Assembly (NCBI GenBank): GCA_001824825.1
Contig: MHTK01000002.1
Span: 70,020 to 134,019, forward strand
Length of the DNA stretch: 64,000 nucleotides
Reading direction: 5' to 3'
From: Candidatus Vogelbacteria bacterium RIFOXYD1_FULL_46_19
GTDB taxonomy: Bacteria > Patescibacteriota > Minisyncoccia > Phycocordibacterales > XYD1-FULL-46-19
This document shows positions 30,408-39,519 of the stretch, in pieces. The notes below the pieces were generated by a model. That model was not told the origin of the DNA, searched no databases, and saw only the letters and a program-made list of their open reading frames with translations. The position numbers and the translations under genes were made by a program. Each line of letters begins with the position of its first letter. The first letter of the stretch is position 1.

Positions 30408-31877
30408 TTAGATGTTATTTTTAAGTAGGTAGTCGACCATATTTCCTAATAATTTATAGGTTTTTACTCTAATTGATTCTTGGGTTTTCCACCCCGCTCT
30501 GTAAGTTAAGATGTGATTACTTAATTCGTGGCTAATTTTCCAATCAGTTTTATCTCTTATTGGTAAACCAAGTATATCTTTTCGTGGTAAACCTGGATAA
30601 ACGTCTAGAAAGGCTAATATATTGTTATTTATCATTTGGCTGGTCAGGGCTTGTTGATCAATAGCGTTTCCGTCTGCTGTATTTATAACAATTACTCCAG
30701 GTTTCATTTTTAGAATAAGTTTCTCGTTTAATGTGTTTTCAGCGTGGTGTGCCGGAAGATTGATTGAAATAATGTCCGCAATCTCAGACATTTTTTCAAG
30801 GGTTGAATACTTTATGCCAAGAGTCTTCTCCAGGTCGACTTTTCTTGTTTTAGAATAATAAATGACCTTAAAACCCATTCCGGTGGCTATTTTCGCCACT
30901 AAAAATCCAATTCTTCCCAACCCTACTATTCCGAACGTTTTACCGTTGAATGAATAAGTACTGGAAACAAGATTGCTAACATCTACGAGTTTATCTCCAA
31001 AGAGTATTTGAGATTTATTAAGATCAAATAAGTTAATATTTTTTGCCTCATAAAATATTATTTCGTTATCGGTTAAAAACTTAAAGTAACTCGCCAGTGT
31101 AGATTCGGTAAGTTGATATTGCTCGCAAATAACTCCAAGGGCCGTTAATCTTTCTATGGTAACGTTTAAGCCTTGCATATTAAGGAATCCAACTTTCCTA
31201 TTTTGGAGGAGTTTTTCTGGAATTAGGTCTTCCATATTTCTTTCGCTGAAGTCGAATTTTACTTGTCCTATTTTGTGAAAATGATGGACAAATTTACCGC
31301 GCCTAGTATTTTTTTCGTTACTTGAAAGTTTTCGGAAAAATCCAAATAAGTGATTAATAATAGTGTGCGATACCTCTTCTTGGTTTTTGGTCGAAGTGAA
31401 AGTGGTGGGGAAGTTTCTGGTGATTAATGAGAACAAACCAGCAAATACCACTTCTGAAACTGACTCCGTACCGTAGTCCGGGATATTAGTCACTTCTATA
31501 CCTAGTTTTTTAGCTAAAAGGGTGTTGATTCGATGCTCCTTTTCGTGGGTCCAAAAGATAACTAGTTTTAATTGGGGGTTCAATTTTAATATTTCATCCG
31601 GTATGTTGGTCCAACAACTAATAATAACGTCTGCACCCTCGACCCTACTCATTAGTAATTGAAGAGGAATGTTGTCGGTGGCAATTTCGGTGTAACACTT
31701 TTTACCTGTAAATACCCCCGGGTTATTCTCGTAGTCTTTTTCTAGACTTGCTGGGAGACTGGAGGGGTATTCTATTACCTCACGCGAAATACTGTTCAGA
31801 AGTTTTCGATGCTCGGGATAAAAGATTACCGTGTCTAGAATTACCACTTTATTAAATTTTTTGGCTAGGTTGATCAT
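30408..31877 (-). CDS. Divergent D-2-hydroxyacid dehydrogenase-fold protein with internal insertion
   Basis: GIEVTNIPDYGTESVSE, GKTFGIVGLGRIG, MKPGVIVINTA, AFLDVY. Confidence 0.85.
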   Translation of the reverse strand: MINLAKKFNKVVILDTVIFYPEHRKLLNSISREVIEYPSSLPASLEKDYENNPGVFTGKKCYTEIATDNIPLQLLMSRVEGADVIISCWTNIPDEILKLNPQLKLVIFWTHEKEHRINTLLAKKLGIEVTNIPDYGTESVSEVVFAGLFSLITRNFPTTFTSTKNQEEVSHTIINHLFGFFRKLSSNEKNTRRGKFVHHFHKIGQVKFDFSERNMEDLIPEKLLQNRKVGFLNMQGLNVTIERLTALGVICEQYQLTESTLASYFKFLTDNEIIFYEAKNINLFDLNKSQILFGDKLVDVSNLVSSTYSFNGKTFGIVGLGRIGFLVAKIATGMGFKVIYYSKTRKVDLEKTLGIKYSTLEKMSEIADIISINLPAHHAENTLNEKLILKMKPGVIVINTADGNAIDQQALTSQMINNNILAFLDVYPGLPRKDILGLPIRDKTDWKISHELSNHILTYRAGWKTQESIRVKTYKLLGNMVDYLLKNNI

Positions 31878-32007
31878 AGGATATATATAACATAAACATA
31901 CACTATAGTCAAGTAAATAGTCTTAAGATTGTTGTAAATTATAAAAGATGTATAATATTTATATACACTTTTGATTAAAATAAGCTAGATATATCTATAT
32001 TTTTCGT

Positions 32008-32790
32008 ATGAATGATAAAAATTCCTTTTCTCCAGATTTTTACACTTCGTTAAGTGAATTAGGGTTATCTCAGTTGGAAATTAACTTGTATACAATATCT
32101 CTACAGCTTGGCCCAAGCCCCATTTCTCTACTTGCAAAGTATATGGGTATCTCTCGACCGAATGTTTATAAGGTTATAGAGGGGTTACGAGACAAAGGTC
32201 TTGCTTCATTTTACGGTCAGGAAAAGTATGCTAGAAAATTTATGGTTGAATCACCTTCAATTGTTCTTGAAAAGTTGAGAAAAAAAGGAGAGTTGTTGAA
32301 GGGCTTGGACGGTAGTTTAACGGCTTCCCTGCCTGATTTGTTGGCCTTTTATCAGCAAGGAGGTAAAGACACTAAGATAAAAGTAATTAAAAATCAGGAC
32401 CAGTTTTTAAAAATTTTCCATCAGTCTTTGGAAGAGACCCGAGTTGGTGGAATGATGGAATTTTTTGGTTCGGCTAGTGATTTTATTAGTTTTGTCGGTT
32501 GGCAAACCGAACGGGAATGGATTAAAGGTCGTTTAAAGAAGAAAATATCTATCCGGACTTTAGTTTCTCCCGATAAAGATGCGGCCACCTTAAGAGTGGG
32601 GCAGGAGAAGGAGTTAAGAGAAGTGAGACTTTATAACGGAGAAGCCAACTTCCCTACTTCCTTTTTGATTTACGGTAATAAGCTGGTAATTTGGCAACCC
32701 AAAGCTCCACTAGCGGTATCTATTGAGGATGAGTATATGGCAGTTATGTTTAAGAGTATATTTTATACTTTGTGGGAAAAGTCGAAGTAG
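32008..32790 (+). CDS. TrmB-family transcriptional regulator
   Basis: LSELGLSQLEINLY..GISRPNVYKVIEGLRDKGL wHTH; IYGNKL..IEDEYMA..F..LW C-terminus. Confidence 0.88.
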   Translation: MNDKNSFSPDFYTSLSELGLSQLEINLYTISLQLGPSPISLLAKYMGISRPNVYKVIEGLRDKGLASFYGQEKYARKFMVESPSIVLEKLRKKGELLKGLDGSLTASLPDLLAFYQQGGKDTKIKVIKNQDQFLKIFHQSLEETRVGGMMEFFGSASDFISFVGWQTEREWIKGRLKKKISIRTLVSPDKDAATLRVGQEKELREVRLYNGEANFPTSFLIYGNKLVIWQPKAPLAVSIEDEYMAVMFKSIFYTLWEKSK

Positions 32791-32792
32791 AT

Positions 32793-32821
32793 AATTACCA
32801 CACCTCCCCCAAAAGAAAAAG
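32793..32821 (+). repeat. 29-bp direct repeat, right copy
   Basis: Identical to 28752-28780; begins 2 nt after the TrmB stop. Confidence 0.95.
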
Positions 32822-32871
32822 GTTCTTCTTGAGTTTGATTAAATAATCAATAGCACTTAATATTAAGAAAT

Positions 32872-33246
32872 ATGAAACCTAAATTTGAAAAAGGTTTTCC
32901 TTTATCTAATAAAAGTGAAACATTGCCTGAGTCGGACATTGCTCGCTATTGGAAGAGAATGGGTTTTTCTTTTAGCTCACCCAAGCCAGGTAGTCCGGCG
33001 GAGGCGAGATTGAGGGAGGCTTGTGAAAGTTATAGTCGTTTTATTGTGAACCCAAGTTTAAGAGGGGCTACTGGAAGTGAGGGCCGTCGCCGCCAGCTTC
33101 ACAATGAAATTTCCATAATGACTGTCGGTGAACCAAGAAGTGGGATGGAAAGTGAGAAGGCAGAAAAAATAGCGGATTTTGCCTGCTTGGTGGCCACCGG
33201 CTTAACCGCCGCTGAGCTTCTTAAAGATGAGATGAGTCGTAATTAA
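32872..33246 (+). CDS. Hypothetical protein
   Basis: 124-aa ORF filling the gap, ATG start. Confidence 0.7.
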   Translation: MKPKFEKGFPLSNKSETLPESDIARYWKRMGFSFSSPKPGSPAEARLREACESYSRFIVNPSLRGATGSEGRRRQLHNEISIMTVGEPRSGMESEKAEKIADFACLVATGLTAAELLKDEMSRN

Positions 33247-33284
33247 AGAAAAAATTAAGGCCAGCACTGGAGAGTGCTGGCCAA

Positions 33285-33500
33285 CTAGAGCAGGCTGGTG
33301 GTAATACAGTGAAACTTTTTACCCAGAGCTAGTGCTTCGTGGTGGTAAACATCGTCACCCCCGCGAATTTGATTTTTGCAAACTAATTGCCCTCCGGCTT
33401 TGATTAAGTCTTGAATCTCTTGTCTGCTAGCAGTATAGACTGGGCGATTTTCTTCCCAACCCTCGGTGATTTTTTTCACCAATACTTCGAGTTTTTCCAC
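33285..33500 (-). CDS. Small orphan protein (self-contained cassette)
   Basis: TTGACA-17-TATTCT promoter, AAGGAGG before GTG, GGCCAGCACT stem terminator. Confidence 0.75.
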   Translation of the reverse strand: MEKLEVLVKKITEGWEENRPVYTASRQEIQDLIKAGGQLVCKNQIRGGDDVYHHEALALGKKFHCITTSLL

Positions 33501-33579
33501 GGAGCCTCCTTTTTACTATTAGCCAAATTCAAGAATAGCACGTTACTAAACTATTGTCAAATATTAGCAGAGTGAGCTT

Positions 33580-34137
33580 TTAGATAGCTTTGAGGGCTTT
33601 CTTTCCCGCGCGGCGGCCGTTACCATTGCGACCATAAATGAGGAATTTTTTTGGCTCCTTATCGAGATCGATAAAATCGTCCACTGACTCCTTCAAGCGC
33701 GAGGAAGAACTGCGACCAAAAGACACAGCTTCCACCTGGCAACCCATATTGGTTTGGAGGTATTCGACCAGGGGTACAAAGTCGCCATCGCCAGAGGCGA
33801 TGATCACTGCGTCTAACTTAGGCGCCATAGAAATGGCGTCGACCGCGAGACCTACGTCCCAGTCGGCTTTTTTGGCACCACCTAGAAATATTTGCAAATC
33901 TTTAGTTTTAACCTCAATCCCGATTTTATGCAAAGCCTCAAAAAAAGGCTGTTCTTCCCCGCTTTCCGTGGTCACGACGTAGGCGCGGGCTCTAATTAGG
34001 TTGCGATCCCCGACGGCTGCTTCCAAAATGGCGCCAAAGTTAACTCGAGCGTTGTATAGATTTTTGGCGGAGTGATAAAGATTTTGGGTATCAATAAATA
34101 CCCCAACTCGTTGGTTTTTATGCTTAATTACGGGCAT
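33580..34137 (-). CDS. NYN domain (LabA/DUF88) protein
   Basis: VFIDTQNLY, KADWDVGLAVD, ASGDGDFVPLV. Confidence 0.92.
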   Translation of the reverse strand: MPVIKHKNQRVGVFIDTQNLYHSAKNLYNARVNFGAILEAAVGDRNLIRARAYVVTTESGEEQPFFEALHKIGIEVKTKDLQIFLGGAKKADWDVGLAVDAISMAPKLDAVIIASGDGDFVPLVEYLQTNMGCQVEAVSFGRSSSSRLKESVDDFIDLDKEPKKFLIYGRNGNGRRAGKKALKAI

Positions 34138-34238
34138 ATAACTTATATAAAATTAAAGAAACTAGTATTAAATAAAATTCTACCTCAGTTCTCGCACTTC
34201 TAACTTAAGAAAAAGTTGATCAGGGGAAGAAAAAAGGC

Positions 34239-34490
34239 CTAGGCGGCCTCTTTCTTGCTCTCTGCCTTCTTGGCTTTGGTGTCCAAATATTTTTGATGGG
34301 CTCGGCGTTTGGCTACCAATTTAAGCAAACCACGGCGAGAGTGATGATCTTTGTTATGGGTCTTTAGATGGTCCGACAGTTCGGTGATGCGTTCATTTAA
34401 CAGGGCAATTTGCACTTCCGAAGAGCCAGTATCGGTCTCGTGTTTGGCCGTCTTTTTGATCACACTAACTTTTTTCTTAGTCGTAAGCAT
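34239..34490 (-). CDS. rpsO: 30S ribosomal protein S15
   Basis: [27 protein letters not shown]; ATG at 34490. Confidence 0.97.
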   Translation of the reverse strand: MLTTKKKVSVIKKTAKHETDTGSSEVQIALLNERITELSDHLKTHNKDHHSRRGLLKLVAKRRAHQKYLDTKAKKAESKKEAA

Positions 34491-34496
34491 AGGGCT

Positions 34497-34525
34497 ATAG
34501 TAGCATAAAAGAGTTATTTTTGCAA
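34497..34525 (-). promoter_or_regulatory. rpsO promoter giving a probable leaderless mRNA
   Basis: TTGCAA-17-TACTAT with extended TG, 6 nt before ATG. Confidence 0.7.
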
Positions 34526-34551
34526 GTAAACCGTACATAATTAGCTTAGGT

Positions 34552-34668
34552 AAAATAAAGGCCGATCCAGTTTGGGTATAGGGGAGGCTGGAGCGGCCTT
34601 ACTCATTGCTGTGCTGTGTAGACCTTTTTTGTCCGGTGTTAGGTGACTGGAAGGTATACGCTTTGAGT
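34552..34668 (-). ncRNA. Candidate small RNA (~115 nt)
   Basis: TTGACA-17-TAAAAT at 34675-34703; terminator stem 34558-34600 plus U-tract; no credible ORF. Confidence 0.5.
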
Positions 34669-34906
34669 ATTCCTATTTTACCTTTATTGGTTAGGCTTGT
34701 CAATCCCCCTCATATGGAATGATTCCGCTGACTGGTACCCCCAGGTTTCTCTGCGCTCAAAAGAGCAAAGCCATTCCATGTTTTTTTTGGGGGGGGTGTA
34801 CACCCCCCTGTAAATGTGCTCTAGGAGGGTCCTTAGAGTGGTAGTTTGTCTTGAAGTTGTAATATTGTGCGACTCTTTCTATACTGAATCAACAAAACTA
34901 CTAAAT

Positions 34907-35818
34907 ATGAAACTCATTGAACAACAGAAGCAAGAATTTCTCGACTACTTAGAGATTGAAAAGGGGCGGAGCTTGAAGACTCGCAGTAGTTATGATCGCT
35001 ATTTAAGCCTTTTTTTTAAGCAAACGAAAATCTCGTCCCCGACTGATATTGATGAGAATCTACTTAGAGAGTTTCGTTTGTGGTTGAATCGCCAGCCCGG
35101 TACGACCGGCACCTTGAAAAAAAATACCCAAAATTATTATTTAATTGCTCTTAGAACTTTTTTGAAGTACTTGGCGAGGCGGGGTGTTCCTTCCCTCTCG
35201 CCAGAGCGGATTGAACTGGCTAAAACGCCTGGTCGGGAGATTGATCTCTTAAATGAGGTGGAACTCGGCCGGCTACTTACTATGCCGGCCGACCAAGACG
35301 AAAAAAGTTTGAGAGATAAGGCTATTTTGGAGCTATTGTTTTCGACCGGCCTTCGGGTGTCCGAGTTAACCGGCTTAAACCGTGATTCCATTGACTTGTC
35401 TCGCGACGAGTTTAGTGTGCGAGGGAAGGGTGAAAAAGTGCGGCTGGTATTTTTGTCGCTCGACGCCAAAGAAGCTATTAAGACTTATTTAAAAAAACGA
35501 GTTGATATTGAAGAGGCTCTATTTGTGAGTTTAAAAAATAAAGTCGGTGATGCTCCGACTCGCCTCACTTCTCGTAGTGTGGAAAGAATAGTGAAGTTTT
35601 ACGCTACGAAGGCGGGTATTGGCAGTAAGGTTACCCCGCACACCATTAGGCATAGTTTTGCGACTGACCTCTTACAAAATGGGGCTGATATCCGCTCGGT
35701 GCAAGCTATGTTGGGCCACTCGAGCGTGGCCACTACCCAAATATATACTCACGTGACCGACAAGCACTTACGAGAGATTCATCAGAAATTTCACAATCGT
35801 AAAAATACTGGCTCTTAA
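34907..35818 (+). CDS. XerC/XerD-family tyrosine recombinase
   Basis: STGLRVSEL, VRGKGEKVR, TPHTIRHSFAT, LGHSSVATTQIY; ATG at 34907. Confidence 0.93.
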   Translation: MKLIEQQKQEFLDYLEIEKGRSLKTRSSYDRYLSLFFKQTKISSPTDIDENLLREFRLWLNRQPGTTGTLKKNTQNYYLIALRTFLKYLARRGVPSLSPERIELAKTPGREIDLLNEVELGRLLTMPADQDEKSLRDKAILELLFSTGLRVSELTGLNRDSIDLSRDEFSVRGKGEKVRLVFLSLDAKEAIKTYLKKRVDIEEALFVSLKNKVGDAPTRLTSRSVERIVKFYATKAGIGSKVTPHTIRHSFATDLLQNGADIRSVQAMLGHSSVATTQIYTHVTDKHLREIHQKFHNRKNTGS

Positions 35819-35888
35819 TTTTTGAAAAAGTGGATAACTTTTAGGGAGGAAAAAGGTTTGGTGGTTGTGTCCGATAAGGGCCTAGCAC

Positions 35889-35897
35889 TTATCCACA
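35889..35897 (+). promoter_or_regulatory. DnaA box
   Basis: Perfect TTATCCACA; near-match AGTGGATAA at 35829-35837. Confidence 0.55.
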
Positions 35898-36139
35898 ACC
35901 AATTCCTTGTCCTATACTCTGTCTGATAGTAAGATAAGCCTAGGTCTGATTTGGTCTTATCGAAATGTCCTATAGGTCGGTTTCCCCTTGATATTTTTTC
36001 TCCTCATTCAAGGCGAGCTCCTCATTTTTTCACTTGGATCTCTATGGATCCCAACCTGTTTGACACTTTCAACCCCGCCATAACCAGTGCGGGGTTTAGT
36101 TTTTTTGTTTTCCGCTTTTTCCTATTTTTACTACACCCC

Positions 36140-37612
36140 CTACTTGACACCGTGACGCTGACGAATTTTTTTTAGCTCCTTATTCTCGGTCTCACTCTTT
36201 TTTTCTTTACCTTGGGCGGCTAGTTTGGCTAATTCTTTATCCCCCAATTCATTAAGATCTTTAGCTCGGTTTAATAAGTATTCCTTGGTATTTTGGGTGG
36301 GCTCGTCGAGTACCTCTTCCAATAGAGCATGCAAAATTTGCCCGATTTGGGGACCAGGTTTCACGTGCAACTCGTTCATTAAGTCATTCCCGTCAATTTT
36401 TAGCATAGTGACCGAGGTGGGGCTACGCAAGGCCTCTTCAATCATCGATTCGTATTTTCTCAAGCGATAAGGGTGTTCCTTGGGCCGGCCCATACCGATT
36501 CGGTCGCTGGTGCGTAGCTTCATCAAGTCCCAGACATTGTTCTCCCCCACTTTGGCTATAATTCGGCGGACGGCTGACAAGGTAATTTGATCAACATCCA
36601 CAAAAAACATATGGTTTCTAACCAGTTTTTCCACCACCTCGGCAGTTTTAGACGGGTATTTTAGGTCGGCCATAATTTTCTGTACCAGTCGCGCTCCCAC
36701 TACCTCATGACCGTAAAAGGTCCAGTCATTTTTCTCTTTAATCCAGCGCCTGGTGGCTGGTTTACCAATGTCATGAAACAGAGCCGCTAGACGTAGGTGA
36801 AGGGGGAAGTCTCTCTCAGCGGCGTGTTGCAAAGCTCGGAGCGAGTGTTCCCAGACATCAAAGATATGATCCCCGTTTTGCTCAGTGCCGATTGCTGGTA
36901 CTAAGTCGGGTAAAACGTGCGGTAAAAGTTCAAGCTTGGAGATAAGCTGTAGACCCATCATTGGTCTTTTAGACATAATAATCTTGTTAAATTCTTCACG
37001 CAGTCTTTCTTTAGAAATCCGTCCGAGTAAGCCCGCCTCTGCCTCGATGGCTTGCTCAGTCACCGGGTCAATACTAAAGCCTAGCTCGGTAGCCAAGCGG
37101 ACAGCCCTAAGCAGGCGCAAGGCATCTTCGCGGAAGCGCTCGGTGGGTGAGCCGACGGTTTTGATGATCTTGTCCTTTATATCAGCTACTCCCCCAAACA
37201 GATCAATAAGTTGTCCTTTATCAAGATTATAGGCTAGGGCATTAATGGTGAAGTCGCGACGAGCTAAATCATCTTCTATCGATTCGGCAAAGTGGACTTG
37301 ATCTGGGTGGCGGTGGTCAGTGTACTCAGATTCAGTGCGGTATGGAGTAACCTCGACATTTTTTAAAGTTGGGTCATCGGTGTCCTCATTCACGATTGTG
37401 ACTGTGCCGAAGCGGTTTTCGTAAAAAGTCTTAGTAAATAAGGCCTCAATCTCAGAGGGAGTGGCTTTGGTAGTAATATCCCAGTCTTTAGGTTCGCGGT
37501 TCATTAGGCTGTCACGAACACAGCCTCCCACAATAAAAGCCTCAAAACCAGCATTTTCCAGGGTTTTGGTTATACGTGAAACTTCTTTTGGGACTGGTAA
37601 CGATATTTTCAT
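36140..37612 (-). CDS. cca: CCA tRNA nucleotidyltransferase with HD domain
   Basis: VGGCVRDSL..KDWDITT, RRDFTINA, FREDALRLLRAVR, LFHDIGK; ATG 37612 (the longer ORF runs through a tRNA). Confidence 0.9.
   Translation of the reverse strand: MKISLPVPKEVSRITKTLENAGFEAFIVGGCVRDSLMNREPKDWDITTKATPSEIEALFTKTFYENRFGTVTIVNEDTDDPTLKNVEVTPYRTESEYTDHRHPDQVHFAESIEDDLARRDFTINALAYNLDKGQLIDLFGGVADIKDKIIKTVGSPTERFREDALRLLRAVRLATELGFSIDPVTEQAIEAEAGLLGRISKERLREEFNKIIMSKRPMMGLQLISKLELLPHVLPDLVPAIGTEQNGDHIFDVWEHSLRALQHAAERDFPLHLRLAALFHDIGKPATRRWIKEKNDWTFYGHEVVGARLVQKIMADLKYPSKTAEVVEKLVRNHMFFVDVDQITLSAVRRIIAKVGENNVWDLMKLRTSDRIGMGRPKEHPYRLRKYESMIEEALRSPTSVTMLKIDGNDLMNELHVKPGPQIGQILHALLEEVLDEPTQNTKEYLLNRAKDLNELGDKELAKLAAQGKEKKSETENKELKKIRQRHGVK
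36357..36372. promoter_or_regulatory. parS-like site within cca
   Basis: GGTTTCACGTGCAACT versus consensus TGTTTCACGTGAAACA. Confidence 0.6.
37568..37583. promoter_or_regulatory. parS-like site within cca
   Basis: GGTTATACGTGAAACT. Confidence 0.5.
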
Positions 37613-37636
37613 AAAGAAACTAGTACTCCACTTGTG

Positions 37637-37708
37637 TGCTCTCGGAGGGACTCGAACCCCCAACGACGGTTCCGAAGACCGTTGTGATATCCATTTCACC
37701 ACGAGAGC
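37637..37708 (-). tRNA. tRNA-Arg (UCG)
   Basis: GCTCTCG/CGAGAGC acceptor stem; ACGGT-CTTCGGA-ACCGT anticodon arm; GGTTCGAGTCC T-arm; no encoded CCA. Confidence 0.95.
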
Positions 37709-37800
37709 CTAATGGCCATAGAATAGCGTGGAATTGAAAAAAAAGCGAATTTTTTAGGTTGTTTACTCTCGAGGAATAGTAAGTATTATATGTGCGGGTA

Positions 37801-37952
37801 GGGAGAATCGGTCAGGAATATCTTGCCCTCCGTCGAGGACAAGATTTCACGACCCTGGCTCACCTGTTTTTCTTGCTAGAAAAACATAGTTCCGCCTTTC
37901 GATTCTCCACGCAAGTAAAGCAGTTTACTTGCTCATTCCGTCACTAAAACCA
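37801..37952 (-). repeat. 152-bp structured module downstream of tRNA-Gly(GCC), copy A
   Basis: Exact reverse complement of 43392-43543, checked base by base. Confidence 0.95.
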
Positions 37953-37989
37953 CAAAAAACCAGGTTAAAACCTGGTTTTTTGTGGTTAG

Positions 37990-38060
37990 TGCGGGTAGGG
38001 AGAATCGAACTCCCGACTCGTCCTTGGCAAGGACGTGTTCTACCACTAAACCATACCCGC
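37990..38060 (-). tRNA. tRNA-Gly (GCC)
   Basis: GCGGGTA/TACCCGC acceptor stem; CGTCC-TTGCCAA-GGACG; GTTCGATTC T-loop. Confidence 0.95.
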
Positions 38061-38205
38061 TACTTTTTACTTCCCTAGTATAGCTAATTTATGGCGATAG
38101 TAAAGAAGTTTAAGCAAAATATGTTAACCTGTAAGTGTAAGGAAGCTTTAGCCCAGCAGTCTAATAATTATAAGGAAGGTATAAAATATATAATTCTTTT
38201 TATTT

Positions 38206-38742
38206 ATGAATAAATCCGTTGGTATAGTGGTAGCAGTGATTGTTTTACTCATATTGTTGGGTCTATGGGCGGCATTTAAAGAAAATGAGGAGCAAATCAT
38301 CCCAATAGACGACGATGACTCACCGGCTACCCAAGAGATAAGTCTGTTTTTTCTCAATGAAGACCGTTTTGCTGTGGGAACAGAGCCTTATGAGGATGGA
38401 GTCACTCGCTCTATTCCCGCCTCTAGCGAGGCTAAACAGGCGGTAATTAGCGCCCTTTACGCTGGACCAACAGCGGATGAAACCGACCAATCACTACGTA
38501 TGGTTTATAGCGAGTCGACGGGCGCCAGGGTAGACTTTGACGAAGCCACAGGCACTGCCTCGGTTTATTTAGAGAGTGGCTGTAATAGTGCTGGGGCGAC
38601 TTATACGGTGGCTAATTTAATAATCAGGAATCTAGAGCAGTTTTCAGACGTAAATCGGGTTATTATCTATGATCCGGAGGGTGAAACCTTAGGCTCTGAG
38701 ACAGATATTGGTAATTTGGTCCCCGCTTGTTTACAACCGTAG
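38206..38742 (+). CDS. Membrane-anchored GerMN-like domain protein
   Basis: N-terminal TM; AVISALYAGPT..E, IIRNLEQFSDVNRVII. Confidence 0.7.
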   Translation: MNKSVGIVVAVIVLLILLGLWAAFKENEEQIIPIDDDDSPATQEISLFFLNEDRFAVGTEPYEDGVTRSIPASSEAKQAVISALYAGPTADETDQSLRMVYSESTGARVDFDEATGTASVYLESGCNSAGATYTVANLIIRNLEQFSDVNRVIIYDPEGETLGSETDIGNLVPACLQP

Positions 38743-38830
38743 TTGGGCTGGCTTTTAGACTCAAGTGTCCCCTAGCTACCCCAACCGTGGCTTATAAATA
38801 TCGCTTAGTTGAGCGATATTTTGTTAAAAA

Positions 38831-38860
38831 AGTGGATAACCTTGGGGACAATGTGTATAA
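38831..38860 (-). promoter_or_regulatory. Three tandem DnaA-box-like 9-mers
   Basis: AGTGGATAA (38831), TGGGGACAA (38843), TGTGTATAA (38852), same orientation, in an AT-rich intergenic gap. Confidence 0.5.
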
Positions 38861-38986
38861 CGGACAGTCTTTTTAAAGTAGAGTTTGTCTTTTTACAATG
38901 AGAGAATATTGAAATTATGTTGATAGATAAGGCTTTTACTGGAAAATAAAGGAAAATGGTTAATTCTCAAGAGAAAATCCTAATTT

Positions 38987-39029
38987 GGTTACATATGTAA
39001 CACTTTCTATAAAAGTTATACATGAAACT
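38987..39029. promoter_or_regulatory. Two parS-like sites
   Basis: GGTTACATATGTAACA (38987-39002) and AGTTATACATGAAACT (39014-39029). Confidence 0.5.
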
Positions 39030-39059
39030 TTAACTTAAGGATGTGCTAAACTTTAGTTA

Positions 39060-39455
39060 ATGACGGCGAAAGCTCGATTGGGAGCCCTGGGGGAACAGGT
39101 AGCGGCTAAATATCTAAAGCAAGCCGGCTTTAAAGTGGTGGCACAAAATTACCGGAAACCCTGGGGAGAAATTGACCTAGTGGCTACTAAAGGAGGAAAT
39201 CTTCACTTTGTGGAAGTGAAAACAGTCACTAAAGCCGAGAATGTTTTACATGAAACAGGGGAGCAGGGTGATGATTATGAGCCGGCCGACAATATTCACC
39301 CCTGGAAGTTGAAGCGCCTGGCTCGGGCGATGGAAAGCTTTATGCTTGATCAGAACATTCCCGAAGAGGTGGACTATCAGTTGGATGCCATTTTGGTCTA
39401 CTTAAGCCCTAAGGAGCAGGTGCTTAAAATAGAGTATTTACCGGATATTTTTTAG
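39060..39455 (+). CDS. YraN-family (UPF0102) endonuclease-like protein
   Basis: LGALGEQVAAKYL, NYRKPWGEIDLVA, FVEVKT. Confidence 0.92.
   Translation: MTAKARLGALGEQVAAKYLKQAGFKVVAQNYRKPWGEIDLVATKGGNLHFVEVKTVTKAENVLHETGEQGDDYEPADNIHPWKLKRLARAMESFMLDQNIPEEVDYQLDAILVYLSPKEQVLKIEYLPDIF
39242..39257. promoter_or_regulatory. parS-like site within the YraN gene
   Basis: TGTTTTACATGAAACA, 2 mismatches to consensus. Confidence 0.6.
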
Positions 39456-39519
39456 TAAATTGGTCATAAAAGTGTTGGTTTTTTAAGAAGTTTCGTGTTA
39501 CGATGGGGGAGTTAAAAAA

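Larger units (their letters stand above)
28752..32821. mobile_element. 4-kb genomic islet bounded by direct repeats
   Basis: Exact 29-bp repeats; interior visibly more AT-rich than pnp; no integrase or transposase inside. Confidence 0.7.

Noticed and set aside
34907-35818. Xer gene as a prophage or island integrase
   Set aside because: Sequence and size fit a housekeeping XerC/D; no phage genes nearby, and I could not identify a convincing dif or att site beside it
35951-36175. 74-aa ORF between the xer gene and cca
   Set aside because: Crosses a terminator-like hairpin and T-tracts, overlaps the cca 3' end, and has no start signals
37613-37702. 30-aa N-terminal extension of the CCA enzyme
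   Set aside because: Runs through tRNA-Arg; ATG 37612 is the credible start
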